Assembly (NCBI GenBank): GCA_036406475.1 | Contig: DASXBA010000006.1 | Coordinates: 1,564-65,563 of the forward strand | Source: Thermoleophilaceae bacterium | GTDB lineage: Bacteria > Actinomycetota > Thermoleophilia > Solirubrobacterales > Thermoleophilaceae | Reading direction: 5' to 3' | DNA length: 64,000 nt | Shown here: positions 16,748 to 25,225 of the stretch, one piece after another | Position numbering within the stretch: position 1 is the first letter of the stretch | How the letters are laid out: each line of letters starts with the position of its first letter | Program-made: the position numbers and the translations under genes | Notes under the pieces: model-generated | Databases searched by the model: none | Seen by the model: only the letters and a program-made list of their open reading frames with translations | What the model was told of the DNA's origin: nothing

Positions 16748-18424
16748 GAGGCCCGCTGCCAGCACTACGCGCGCCGCTGGCGCAGCCGTCGCCCCGCCGG
16801 CGCCCGCCTTGACGAACATCACGCCGACCGCCAGCTTCGGCCTGCCCACCGGGGCGTAGGCCGCGAACCAGGCGTCGGTGTTGTTCGGGTCGCTCTCCTT
16901 GTCGGCGTTCGGCCCGCGCGTGTCCTCGAGCTCGGCGGTGCCGGTCTTGCCGGCCACCTTCACGCCGGGCAGGGCAGCCGCGGTCCCGGTCCCGAACGCC
17001 ACGACGTCGACCATCAGCCGCTCGAGGGTCTTGGCCACGCGCCTCGTTGTGACGCGCACGGGCGCGGGGCGGGGGGTCCCGGGCCGGAGAGTCGGTGTCA
17101 TGCGCACGCCGCCGGTCGAGACCGTCTGGGCGATCGACGCCATCTGGAGCGGCGTTGCCAGCGTCTTGAACTGGCCGATCGCGGTGGAGCCGACCTCGAG
17201 CGGGGTGTCGATCTGGCGCGCAGGCGGCAGAGTGCTCGGCAGCACGCCGGCGAAGGGAGGTGGGCCGTTGAAGCCGTAGCGCTGGGCGGCCGAGACGAGC
17301 TGCCTGGCGCCGATCTTGACGCCGAGCGGCGCGAACACCGAGTTGCACGAGTGGGCGAAGCTGGCCTCGAAGCTGCCGCCGCAGGACTCGCCGTTCGCGT
17401 TGTTGAGGTCGACGCCGTCGATGACCGCGTGGGTCTCGACGGGAAACTGGTCGTCGAGCTTGACCTTCCGGGCCTCGAGCGCGGCGGTCGTGGTCACGAT
17501 CTTGAACGTCGAGCCGGGCGGCTGCGGGGCGGAGAAGGCCACGCCCGCCAGCGCCCGGACGGCGCCGGTGCGGGCGTCGAGTGCCGCGATCCCGCCGAAG
17601 CGGCCGGCCAGTGCGGTGACCGCCGCCTCCTGGACCTTGGTGTCGATCGTGGTCCGGACCGTCTTGCCGTCCACCGCCCGTGAGCGGGCGAGGAGACGCT
17701 TGCCGGCGATGAGCTGTCCGCCCGGCTTGCCGGCGAGGTCCCCTTCGAAGACCCGCTCGAGGCCCGACTGCCCCACTGGCCAGTCGCGCGGGAACCCGCG
17801 GCGGTAGGCCACCTCGCGCTCGGCCGCCGTTCCGCCGGGCTCCACGCGACCGGAGATCGAGGCGGCGAGGGTGCCGAGGTCCGAGGTCCGCGCGCCCGCC
17901 GGCCCCTCCGCGAGCACCTTGCCGTTGCGCGCGAGGAGCTTGCCCCTCGCGGGCGTGTCGGTAGTGCGGGTGAGCTTCTCGCCGGGCTTGAGGCCGGGGA
18001 ACACCATCGTCGGGTCCCAGTCGATCCTGTCGTCCTTCACCGGAACCAGGACCTCGCCCCGGACGACGCCGAAGACGCGGGTCCGGATCTCCACCGGCAG
18101 TCGTACGGCGCCGTCCTTCTCGCCGCGCGGGTTGCCGGCGCGGACGGCGATGGTCGTCGCCGTCCCCGCCGCCGCGGAGTACTCGTGCCTGAGCTGGCCG
18201 CGGCTCCAGCGGGCCTTGGAGTCGTCCGTGAAGAGGCGGCGCATCGCCGTGTAGTCGTCGCGCTCCCAGGCGCGCCCGAACTTGGCGGCAGTGCTCTTGT
18301 CGCCGGAGTCGACGCTCGCGCCGACGATCAGACCAGCCACCAGCGCAGCCGCCGCCAGCCCGCCGAACACGGGGATCGCACGGTGAGTCAGGCGCCAGCG
18401 CCGATCGGTCGTCAGCTCATTCAC
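16745..18424 (-). CDS. class B penicillin-binding protein (transpeptidase)
   Basis: Motifs STFK, SCN and KTGTAE, with an N-terminal membrane anchor. Confidence 0.9.
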   Translation of the reverse strand: MNELTTDRRWRLTHRAIPVFGGLAAAALVAGLIVGASVDSGDKSTAAKFGRAWERDDYTAMRRLFTDDSKARWSRGQLRHEYSAAAGTATTIAVRAGNPRGEKDGAVRLPVEIRTRVFGVVRGEVLVPVKDDRIDWDPTMVFPGLKPGEKLTRTTDTPARGKLLARNGKVLAEGPAGARTSDLGTLAASISGRVEPGGTAAEREVAYRRGFPRDWPVGQSGLERVFEGDLAGKPGGQLIAGKRLLARSRAVDGKTVRTTIDTKVQEAAVTALAGRFGGIAALDARTGAVRALAGVAFSAPQPPGSTFKIVTTTAALEARKVKLDDQFPVETHAVIDGVDLNNANGESCGGSFEASFAHSCNSVFAPLGVKIGARQLVSAAQRYGFNGPPPFAGVLPSTLPPARQIDTPLEVGSTAIGQFKTLATPLQMASIAQTVSTGGVRMTPTLRPGTPRPAPVRVTTRRVAKTLERLMVDVVAFGTGTAAALPGVKVAGKTGTAELEDTRGPNADKESDPNNTDAWFAAYAPVGRPKLAVGVMFVKAGAGGATAAPAARVVLAAGL

Positions 18425-18439
18425 GCAAGCCCGAAAGCG

Positions 18440-19618
18440 ATGGTAGTCGCGTCTGTACCGTTCGCCCGCGTGACCTCCGTCGACTGGATAATCGTCGGCT
18501 TCACGCTCCTGATGGCGATCTGGGGCTACATGCAGGGCCTGATCGTGGGGGCCTTGTCATTGGTGGGCTTCGGGGTCGGCGCCTTCGCCGGCTCGCGCCT
18601 CGCGCCGCTGCTCCTGTCGGAGGGATCGCACTCGGCGTACGCGCCCGTGTTTGCGCTCGTGGGCGCTCTCCTGCTCGGCGGGATCCTCGCCTCCGGGCTG
18701 GAGGTGCTCGGCTTCCACCTGCGCTACCGGCTCGGGCATGAGCTCGGGCTGCTTGACGGAGTGGGAGGCGCGGTCCTGCTCGCCTGCCTGGGGCTGGGCC
18801 TGGCCTGGATCGTCGGCGCCGTTGCGCTCCAGACGCCCGGGGCCCGCGAGCTGCGCGAGCCGATCCAGGCCTCGGCGATCCTCCAGAAGCTCAACGACGT
18901 CCTTCCGCCATCGGGCCCGATCCTCCAGGCGCTCGCGCGGTTCGACCCCTTACCCCAGATCTCGGGGCCGCAGGCGCGTGTGGCCCCGCCCAACTCGGCG
19001 ATCGCCCGGGACCCTCAGGTGCAGGCCGCCGGCGGGAGCGTGGTGAAGCTGCTCGGCACGGCCTGCGGGCTCGGCGTCGAGGGCAGCGGCTGGGTGGCGG
19101 GCGACAGCCTGGTCGTGACGAACGCCCACGTCGTGGCGGGCCAGGACGACACGACTGCGCAACTTCGAGGTCAGGGCCCGCGTTATGACAGCGACCCCGT
19201 CTGGTTCGACTCGAAGAACGACGTGGCGATCCTCCGCGTGCCGGCCCTGTCCAACGTCCCCGCCCTCCGTCTCCACGTGTCCGCGAAGCCGGGCACCTCC
19301 GCCGCGATCCTCGGCTTTCCCGAGAACGGCCCCTTCGACGTCGAGCCGGGCAGGCTCGGCGAGACGAGCACCACATTGACGCAGGACGCCTACGGCAACG
19401 GGCCGGTGCGGCGCCTGATCACCTCGCTGCGCGGGCTGGTGCGGTCGGGCAACTCCGGCGGCCCGATGGTGGACGCGAGCGGCCGCGTGGTGACGACGAT
19501 CTTCGCCGCCAGCGTGTCGGACAACGGACGCACAGGTTTTGGCGTGCCCGACTCGGTGGTAAGGGATGCGCTGTCGCGCGTCAGGGGCACAGTCGACACC
19601 GGGCCCTGCACGCGCTGA
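18440..19618 (+). CDS. CvpA-family membrane domain fused to a trypsin-like serine protease (MarP-like)
   Basis: Four N-terminal TM helices. Catalytic motifs TNAHVV, DVAILRV and GNSGGPMV. Start is ATG 18440, or GTG 18470 as an alternative. Confidence 0.8.
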   Translation: MVVASVPFARVTSVDWIIVGFTLLMAIWGYMQGLIVGALSLVGFGVGAFAGSRLAPLLLSEGSHSAYAPVFALVGALLLGGILASGLEVLGFHLRYRLGHELGLLDGVGGAVLLACLGLGLAWIVGAVALQTPGARELREPIQASAILQKLNDVLPPSGPILQALARFDPLPQISGPQARVAPPNSAIARDPQVQAAGGSVVKLLGTACGLGVEGSGWVAGDSLVVTNAHVVAGQDDTTAQLRGQGPRYDSDPVWFDSKNDVAILRVPALSNVPALRLHVSAKPGTSAAILGFPENGPFDVEPGRLGETSTTLTQDAYGNGPVRRLITSLRGLVRSGNSGGPMVDASGRVVTTIFAASVSDNGRTGFGVPDSVVRDALSRVRGTVDTGPCTR

Positions 19619-19625
19619 GCCTCGA

Positions 19626-20480
19626 ATGACCCGACCCGTCCGGACAGCCCTCCTGCTCGCGCTGGTCGCGATCCCGGTCGGCGGGGCCGCCGCCCAGCAG
19701 CCGCCGCCCGCGCCGCCGCCGCCGCCCCCGAACCCGCCCGCGGTGGTGACCACCAATCCCTGCCCGCTCGCCAAGCGCTGGCACATCCGCTGCCCGGACA
19801 TCGAGATGAAGCGGCCGTTCGACCTCTACGTGCAGCGCTCACACGGCCGCACGCTCCTGCGCGCCGGCAACTCGGTCGACAACGTCGGAAGCGGTCCCCT
19901 CGAGCTGCGCGGACGCCGCACCAGCCGCATCTTCATGCACGCCACGCAGCGGATCTACCGCAGCGGCCGCGGCCACATCACGGCCAAGACCGGCGCGCGC
20001 CTGCGCTACACGCTCGGCCACCAGGGCCTGCACTACTGGAAGTTCTACCGGGCGGCCCGCTTCGAGCTCTGGCGCCTCGACAAGCAGGGCAAGCGCAGGA
20101 AGCTGGTCCGGCGCGGTGCCAAGATCGCCTACTGCCTGCGCGACCTGCGCCGCAGCTATCCGCGCCTCGAGCGCTCGCCCCGGCACCGCGTCTACCCCGC
20201 GTGCAACACGAACGCGCGCCAGCGCCACGAGGTGATCGGCACCTCGGTCGGCTGGTCCGACATCTACCCGTCCACCTACATCAAGCAGTGGGTGAACATC
20301 ACCGGCCTGCGTGGCTGCTTCGCGCTCAGGCACCTCGCCGACCCGGGCAACTTCGTCTTCGAGAAGAACGAGCGCAACAACAGCGCGCAGGTGGTGCTGC
20401 GCCTGCCGTTCCGCCGCGGCAAGCAGCACTGTCCGGGTCACAGCACCGGCGAGATCAACCACGAGACCGGCCCCTACTAG
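19626..20480 (+). CDS. secreted lysyl-oxidase-like protein
   Basis: Signal peptide plus a Pro-rich linker. Segments align to the LOX catalytic domain: GAKIAYCLRD (LOX GHKASFCLED) and GWSDIYPSTYIKQWVNIT (LOX GCYDTYGADIDCQWIDIT), ending with the ERNNSAQV segment. Confidence 0.65.
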   Translation: MTRPVRTALLLALVAIPVGGAAAQQPPPAPPPPPPNPPAVVTTNPCPLAKRWHIRCPDIEMKRPFDLYVQRSHGRTLLRAGNSVDNVGSGPLELRGRRTSRIFMHATQRIYRSGRGHITAKTGARLRYTLGHQGLHYWKFYRAARFELWRLDKQGKRRKLVRRGAKIAYCLRDLRRSYPRLERSPRHRVYPACNTNARQRHEVIGTSVGWSDIYPSTYIKQWVNITGLRGCFALRHLADPGNFVFEKNERNNSAQVVLRLPFRRGKQHCPGHSTGEINHETGPY

Positions 20481-20492
20481 CCCGGGGCCACG

Positions 20493-20540
20493 CCGAACGT
20501 CCCGCGCTACCTCCCATAGGGGCAACTGAGGGACGTTCGG
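20493..20540. repeat. 48-bp palindromic intergenic repeat
   Basis: CCGAACGTCCCGCGCTACCTCCCATAGGGGCAACTGAGGGACGTTCGG. Has 11-bp terminal inverted repeats and is near-identical to the reverse complement of 51551..51598. Confidence 0.8.
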
Positions 20541-20633
20541 CCAGGTCGGGCGGTGTCCTACCCAGCCGTCGTTCGAGGAGCCGAATCCGCCCACCGGCGA
20601 GGCCGTGGCCCGTTTGAGGGAAAATCCCCGCCG

Positions 20634-23600
20634 ATGCGGGGGAGCTGCGTGGCTTTGGTGCTGGCGCTGACGGCGCTGACGGCTGCGCCCGCGCAGGCCG
20701 CCTTCCCGTACGGCGACCACACGGCCGGGCAGCTCGACTACCACCTCCCGACCGGGCCGAACCACGGGCCGAACGACCTCACCGGCAACGTCGAGTGGAT
20801 GTACTCGGCCACGGCCGACCCGGCCAACCTGACCAACAACGCGCGCTCGTACGAGCTGGGCGGCGTGCGCGGGGCACACATCGTGGACAACGCGGACGTG
20901 CCCACTGCCTGGCAGGCGACAACCGGGCGTCCCGACGTGAACATCTCCGTGCTCGACTCCGGCATCGAGTGGGACAACCACGACGCCATGGTCGACCTGC
21001 GCAAGAAGATGCGCCTGAACAAGGGCGAGCTGCCGGAGCCGAACGCCGGCCGCTCGACGGCGCTCGAGGCCGGGGTCGACTGCTCGACCTACACGGGCTC
21101 GGGCTACGACTTGAACGGCGACGGCGTCTTCAACGTCATCGACTACGCCTGCGACACGCGTGTCGAGCGCGACCCCGCCGTGCGCACGTCCCAGGGCAAG
21201 CCCGCGGGCCAGGGGCCCGCCGACCTGCTCGACCCGCAGGACGTGCTGATCGCCTTCTCGAACGGCGACGACGCCGACCACAACGGCTTCAAGGACGACA
21301 TCGTCGGCTGGGACTTCCTCGACGACGACAACGATCCCTACGACGACGTCCAGTACGGCCACGGCACCGGCGAGGCGCGCGACTCGAGCTCCGAGGCCGA
21401 CAACGGCGGCTCGCTCGGCGCCTGCCCGAACTGCATGGTCGTGCCGCTGCGGGTGGGAACGTCGTTCGTCGCCGACGTGAACCACTTCGCCGAGGCGGCG
21501 ATCTACGCGACCGACAACGACATCGACGTGATCCAGGAGGCGCTCGGCACGCTCAACAACTCGCCGCTCGCCCACGAGGCCGTGGACTACGCCTACGACC
21601 ACGGCGTGACGGTGATCGCCTCCGCGGCCGACGAGGCCGCGCAGCACAACAACTGGCCCTCGAGCCTGCCGCACGTGATCGTCGTGAACTCGGTGACGCA
21701 GTTCGACTCGACGTTCACGCCGGAGCCGAGCTCGTACCTCCAGTTCAACGGCTGCACCAACTTCAACTCCAAGATCACGGTCGCGATCCCGAGCGTCAGC
21801 TGCTCCTCCGACGCCACCGGCCGGGCATCGGGGATGGCCGGGCTGATCATCAGCGCGGCCCGCAACGCGGGCTACGACGCGACCCCGAACGAGGTGCGCC
21901 AGCTGATGGCGTCGGGCGAGGTCGACGGGACCGAGCAGGCCGACGACGTCGACTTCGCGAAGAACCCCGCGACCGGCACCGAGACGGAGCTCACCTGTCC
22001 AACCCCCGGCTGCACCGACCCGTTCCTGGGAGCGCCGCCCCAGCGGCCGGTCGTCTCGCCGCTGATCACCACGCAGAGCTACCCGGCCCGCTTCGGGCAT
22101 GACCAGTTCTACGGCTACGGCCGGGTGAACATGCGCAACGCGGTGGTCGCGGCTGCGGGTCAGCCGCCCCCCGAGGTCGAGATCACCTCGCCGCAGTGGT
22201 ACGAGATGGTCGACCCGCACCGGACGAGCGTCGACGTGCGCGGCCAGATCTACGCGCGCGGGGACTCGTACACGTGCCGCGTCTACGTCGCTCCCGGCGC
22301 CTATCCCAACGACCACCTGCCGGGCGGCGACTTCCAACCGGTGGCGAGCGGCCCCTGCGACGGCAGCGCTGCCCACAGCGGCCGGCTCGACGGGGTGATC
22401 GGGACCATCGACGTCGCTGCGCTCAAGGCGCGCTTCCCGCCCGAGACCACCGGCACCAACTTCACCGGCCCGGAACCGGGCGGCCTGCCCGCCCAACTCC
22501 ACTCCGGCAGGCCGAACGACGCTCCCTACGGCTTCGTGATCCGCGTGGAGGCCACGACCACCGGGGCCCACCCGCGCGTGGGCCGCGACCGCCGCCAGCT
22601 GTACCTGCACCGCGACCAGGACATGCTCGACGGCTTCCCGCGCCAGCTCCCCGGCGACGGCGACTCGTCGCCGCTGCTCGCCGACCTCGACGGCGACAAC
22701 CGCAACGAGCTGATCCTGGCCGGCTCCGACGGCTTCGTCCACGCCTACCGCCGCGACGGCTCGGAGCTGCCGGGCTGGCCCGTCCGCGGCGACAAGCCGC
22801 CCTTCCACACCGGCGGCCACGCCTTCGCGAGCGGAGAGGTCTCCTCGAATTACGGCGGCGCGATCGTCGGCTCGCCGGCAGTTGGCGACCTGGACGGCGA
22901 CGGCGTGCCCGAGGTGGTTGCGGCGGACATGGAGGGCAAGGTCTACGTCTGGTCGGCCGGCGGCAAGCGCCTGCACACGATGCACGCCAACCCCGACTAC
23001 TCGGGTCACGCGCTGTCGCCGTTCGTGCCCGAGCGGCACGGCAACCAGGACCGGGTCGAGCACGGCTTCCTCGCCTCGCCGGTGATCGCCGACCTCGATC
23101 CCGGCAAGGACGGCGGCCGTAAGGAGATCGTCGCCGCCGGAACCGACCGCCACGTGTACGCCTGGAACGACGACGGCTCGGACGTCGGCGGCTTCCCCGT
23201 GCTCGTGGTCGACCACTCGAAGGTGCAGTCGATCGACTCGACCTCGGACGCGGTGACATTCGACCCGGCGAAGGTGCCGGAACCGCTCAACCAGGGGGCC
23301 ATCGTCGACACGCCGGCGGTGGCGAACCTGGTGGGCGACGGCGACTCTGCGCCCGAGATCCTCGTGGGCACCAACGAGGAGTACAGGGCCGGCGCCGGTA
23401 CCGAGCCCGCCCTGAACGCGTCGCCGCTGAGCGCCGCCGCCGCCAACCTCCTCAGCCAGACCGGGCAGCTCTCGCTCGCCAACGGGCGCCTGTACGCGAT
23501 CCATCCCGACGGCAACGACCACGCCGGCGGGGCCTTCGTGGACCACTGGCCGGCCAAGGTGGGCATCCTCGAGGCCGAGCTCCTGCCGCTCGTGGGCGAG

Positions 23601-25124
23601 GGGATCAACGGCTCGCCGGTCGTGGCGAAGCTCCGCTGCGGCGGCTCCGATCCGGCCCCCGCCGTGGGCGTGATCCCCGCGGCCGGCCTGGGCTACGTCT
23701 TCAAGGCGGATGGCACTTCCTGCTTCGGCCAGGACAGTGGAGTCGACCGTGCGCTCGCCTCCGACGCCGGCGGGCAGGGGGTGGACGCCACCAAGCTGAC
23801 CGCGGTCGGGCTACCCGCCTTCGGTCAGGTGGGGAGCGGCGAACCGGCGCTGATCGCGCCGGTGGCCGGCGTCATCCGCGCGCTCGACGCCGCGGTCAAC
23901 GAGTACCAGGGCGGAGCCGACGGCCTCGGGCTCTGGGAGACGGACGCGAACGGCCAGTTCCGACCCGGCTGGCCGACCCAGATGAACGACCTTCAGTTCC
24001 TCACGGGCCCCGCGGTCGGCGACCTCGACGGGTCGAGCGGCGAGGAGGTGCTCGAGGGCTCCGCGAGCATGGACCTCCAGGCCTTCACCGCGGCGGGCAC
24101 GCGGCTCAACGCGCGCTGGCCCAAGCTCACCGCGGACTGGATGGTGTCGACGCCGACCATCGGCAGCTTCGGCTCGCTCGACACGGACTCGAGTGCCCGA
24201 AAGGCGGTCCTCGCCGTAACCCGGCGCGGCACGATCCTCGCCTACCGCACCGACGCGCCGGCCTGCTCGCCGTCCTCGTCACCGCGCTTCCACCACGACA
24301 ACGACAACAGCGGCGACTTCGACCGCGACGCGATCGCCCCCGGGAAGCCGACCGGTCTCCAGCTCAGCGGCAGGGCCCTCAGCTTCACCGCGCCTGGCGA
24401 CGACCTGCTCTGCGGCAAGGCCGCGAAGTACGAGGTCTCGGGAGGCCTCGGCGCCCCGCCGGCGCCCGCCGAGGCGGGCACGCGCCAGAGCGTCAGCCTT
24501 GCGGCGAGCGCGGGGCCGATCCTGCGGATCCGGGCGGTCGACGAGCAGGGCAACCGCGGGCGCGTGGCGATACTCGATCTGCGGCGGGCCGCCCCCGGCG
24601 GGGGCTCCGGCGGTTCCGGTGCGAGCAAGGGGTGCCTCAACAGCCGCGGCGGCGCGGGCGGCAAGCGGCTGGGGCCGGCGGTCCTCGGCCGCCAGAAGGC
24701 CACGCAGCGGCGGCACTTCCGCGGCAAGCGCCTGCACTCGCGCGGCGGCATCGACCGCTACTGCGTGAGCGGCGGCGGGAGCTTCCGGATCGGCTACACG
24801 AGCGGCCGCCTCAGCCGCCACCTGAGCAGGCGGACCCGCAGGCGCGTCCGCGGCCGGACGATCCTGATCCTCACCTCCAGCAAGCGCTACTCCGTCAAGC
24901 GCATCAAGGCGGGCACCAGCGTCCGGACGCTGCGGCGCCGGCTGCACGGCGAGCGGCGCTTCCGCGTGGGCGGGAACACCTGGTACCTGGCCGCCGGCAG
25001 CCGCGCCCGACTGCTGTTCAAGACCCGTCGGGGGCGCGTTCTCGAGGTGGGCATCGGAGACAAGGGCCTGACGCGGACCCGCACCGCCTCGCGGCGCTAT
25101 CTCCGCGCCTGGCAGCAGGGTTAG
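20634..25124 (+). CDS. secreted S8 subtilase with FG-GAP/VCBS-like repeats and an Arg-rich C-terminal module
   Basis: Signal peptide ending AQA. Asp motif VLDSGIEW, His motif HGTGEA, divergent Ser motif SCSSDATGRASGMAGL. Repeats include LADLDGDNRNELI, VGDLDGDGVPEVV and VGDLDGSSGEEVL. The C-terminal ~170 aa are homologous to the 278..2659 protein. Confidence 0.85.
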   Translation: MRGSCVALVLALTALTAAPAQAAFPYGDHTAGQLDYHLPTGPNHGPNDLTGNVEWMYSATADPANLTNNARSYELGGVRGAHIVDNADVPTAWQATTGRPDVNISVLDSGIEWDNHDAMVDLRKKMRLNKGELPEPNAGRSTALEAGVDCSTYTGSGYDLNGDGVFNVIDYACDTRVERDPAVRTSQGKPAGQGPADLLDPQDVLIAFSNGDDADHNGFKDDIVGWDFLDDDNDPYDDVQYGHGTGEARDSSSEADNGGSLGACPNCMVVPLRVGTSFVADVNHFAEAAIYATDNDIDVIQEALGTLNNSPLAHEAVDYAYDHGVTVIASAADEAAQHNNWPSSLPHVIVVNSVTQFDSTFTPEPSSYLQFNGCTNFNSKITVAIPSVSCSSDATGRASGMAGLIISAARNAGYDATPNEVRQLMASGEVDGTEQADDVDFAKNPATGTETELTCPTPGCTDPFLGAPPQRPVVSPLITTQSYPARFGHDQFYGYGRVNMRNAVVAAAGQPPPEVEITSPQWYEMVDPHRTSVDVRGQIYARGDSYTCRVYVAPGAYPNDHLPGGDFQPVASGPCDGSAAHSGRLDGVIGTIDVAALKARFPPETTGTNFTGPEPGGLPAQLHSGRPNDAPYGFVIRVEATTTGAHPRVGRDRRQLYLHRDQDMLDGFPRQLPGDGDSSPLLADLDGDNRNELILAGSDGFVHAYRRDGSELPGWPVRGDKPPFHTGGHAFASGEVSSNYGGAIVGSPAVGDLDGDGVPEVVAADMEGKVYVWSAGGKRLHTMHANPDYSGHALSPFVPERHGNQDRVEHGFLASPVIADLDPGKDGGRKEIVAAGTDRHVYAWNDDGSDVGGFPVLVVDHSKVQSIDSTSDAVTFDPAKVPEPLNQGAIVDTPAVANLVGDGDSAPEILVGTNEEYRAGAGTEPALNASPLSAAAANLLSQTGQLSLANGRLYAIHPDGNDHAGGAFVDHWPAKVGILEAELLPLVGEGINGSPVVAKLRCGGSDPAPAVGVIPAAGLGYVFKADGTSCFGQDSGVDRALASDAGGQGVDATKLTAVGLPAFGQVGSGEPALIAPVAGVIRALDAAVNEYQGGADGLGLWETDANGQFRPGWPTQMNDLQFLTGPAVGDLDGSSGEEVLEGSASMDLQAFTAAGTRLNARWPKLTADWMVSTPTIGSFGSLDTDSSARKAVLAVTRRGTILAYRTDAPACSPSSSPRFHHDNDNSGDFDRDAIAPGKPTGLQLSGRALSFTAPGDDLLCGKAAKYEVSGGLGAPPAPAEAGTRQSVSLAASAGPILRIRAVDEQGNRGRVAILDLRRAAPGGGSGGSGASKGCLNSRGGAGGKRLGPAVLGRQKATQRRHFRGKRLHSRGGIDRYCVSGGGSFRIGYTSGRLSRHLSRRTRRRVRGRTILILTSSKRYSVKRIKAGTSVRTLRRRLHGERRFRVGGNTWYLAAGSRARLLFKTRRGRVLEVGIGDKGLTRTRTASRRYLRAWQQG

Positions 25125-25127
25125 CTC

Positions 25128-25148
25128 CGCGGGGCTTCCCGCCCCGCG
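25128..25148 (+). terminator. hairpin downstream of the S8/FG-GAP gene
   Basis: CGCGGGGC ttccc GCCCCGCG, starting 4 nt after the stop, with no U-tract. Confidence 0.4.
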
Positions 25149-25225
25149 TCCCGATGCTGTCCCTCGACCTCCGGTCTCGGTAACCAAGGAATCCTGCGTC
25201 GGGGCTAACCTGACGTGGGATTCGC

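Noticed and set aside
21780-21850. The large S8/FG-GAP protein as a catalytically dead pseudo-protease, because no GTSxAxP motif is visible.
   Set aside because: CSSDATGRASGMAGL aligns position by position with the GTSEATPxVSGxAAL variant of the Ser motif, so a catalytic Ser is probably present. The Asp and His motifs are canonical.
19839-23546. 1235-aa ORF on the minus strand.
   Set aside because: It is antisense to the S8/FG-GAP and lysyl-oxidase genes. The translation is low-complexity and rich in Arg/Val/Gly/Ala, with no motifs. This is a typical shadow ORF in GC-rich DNA where stop codons are rare.
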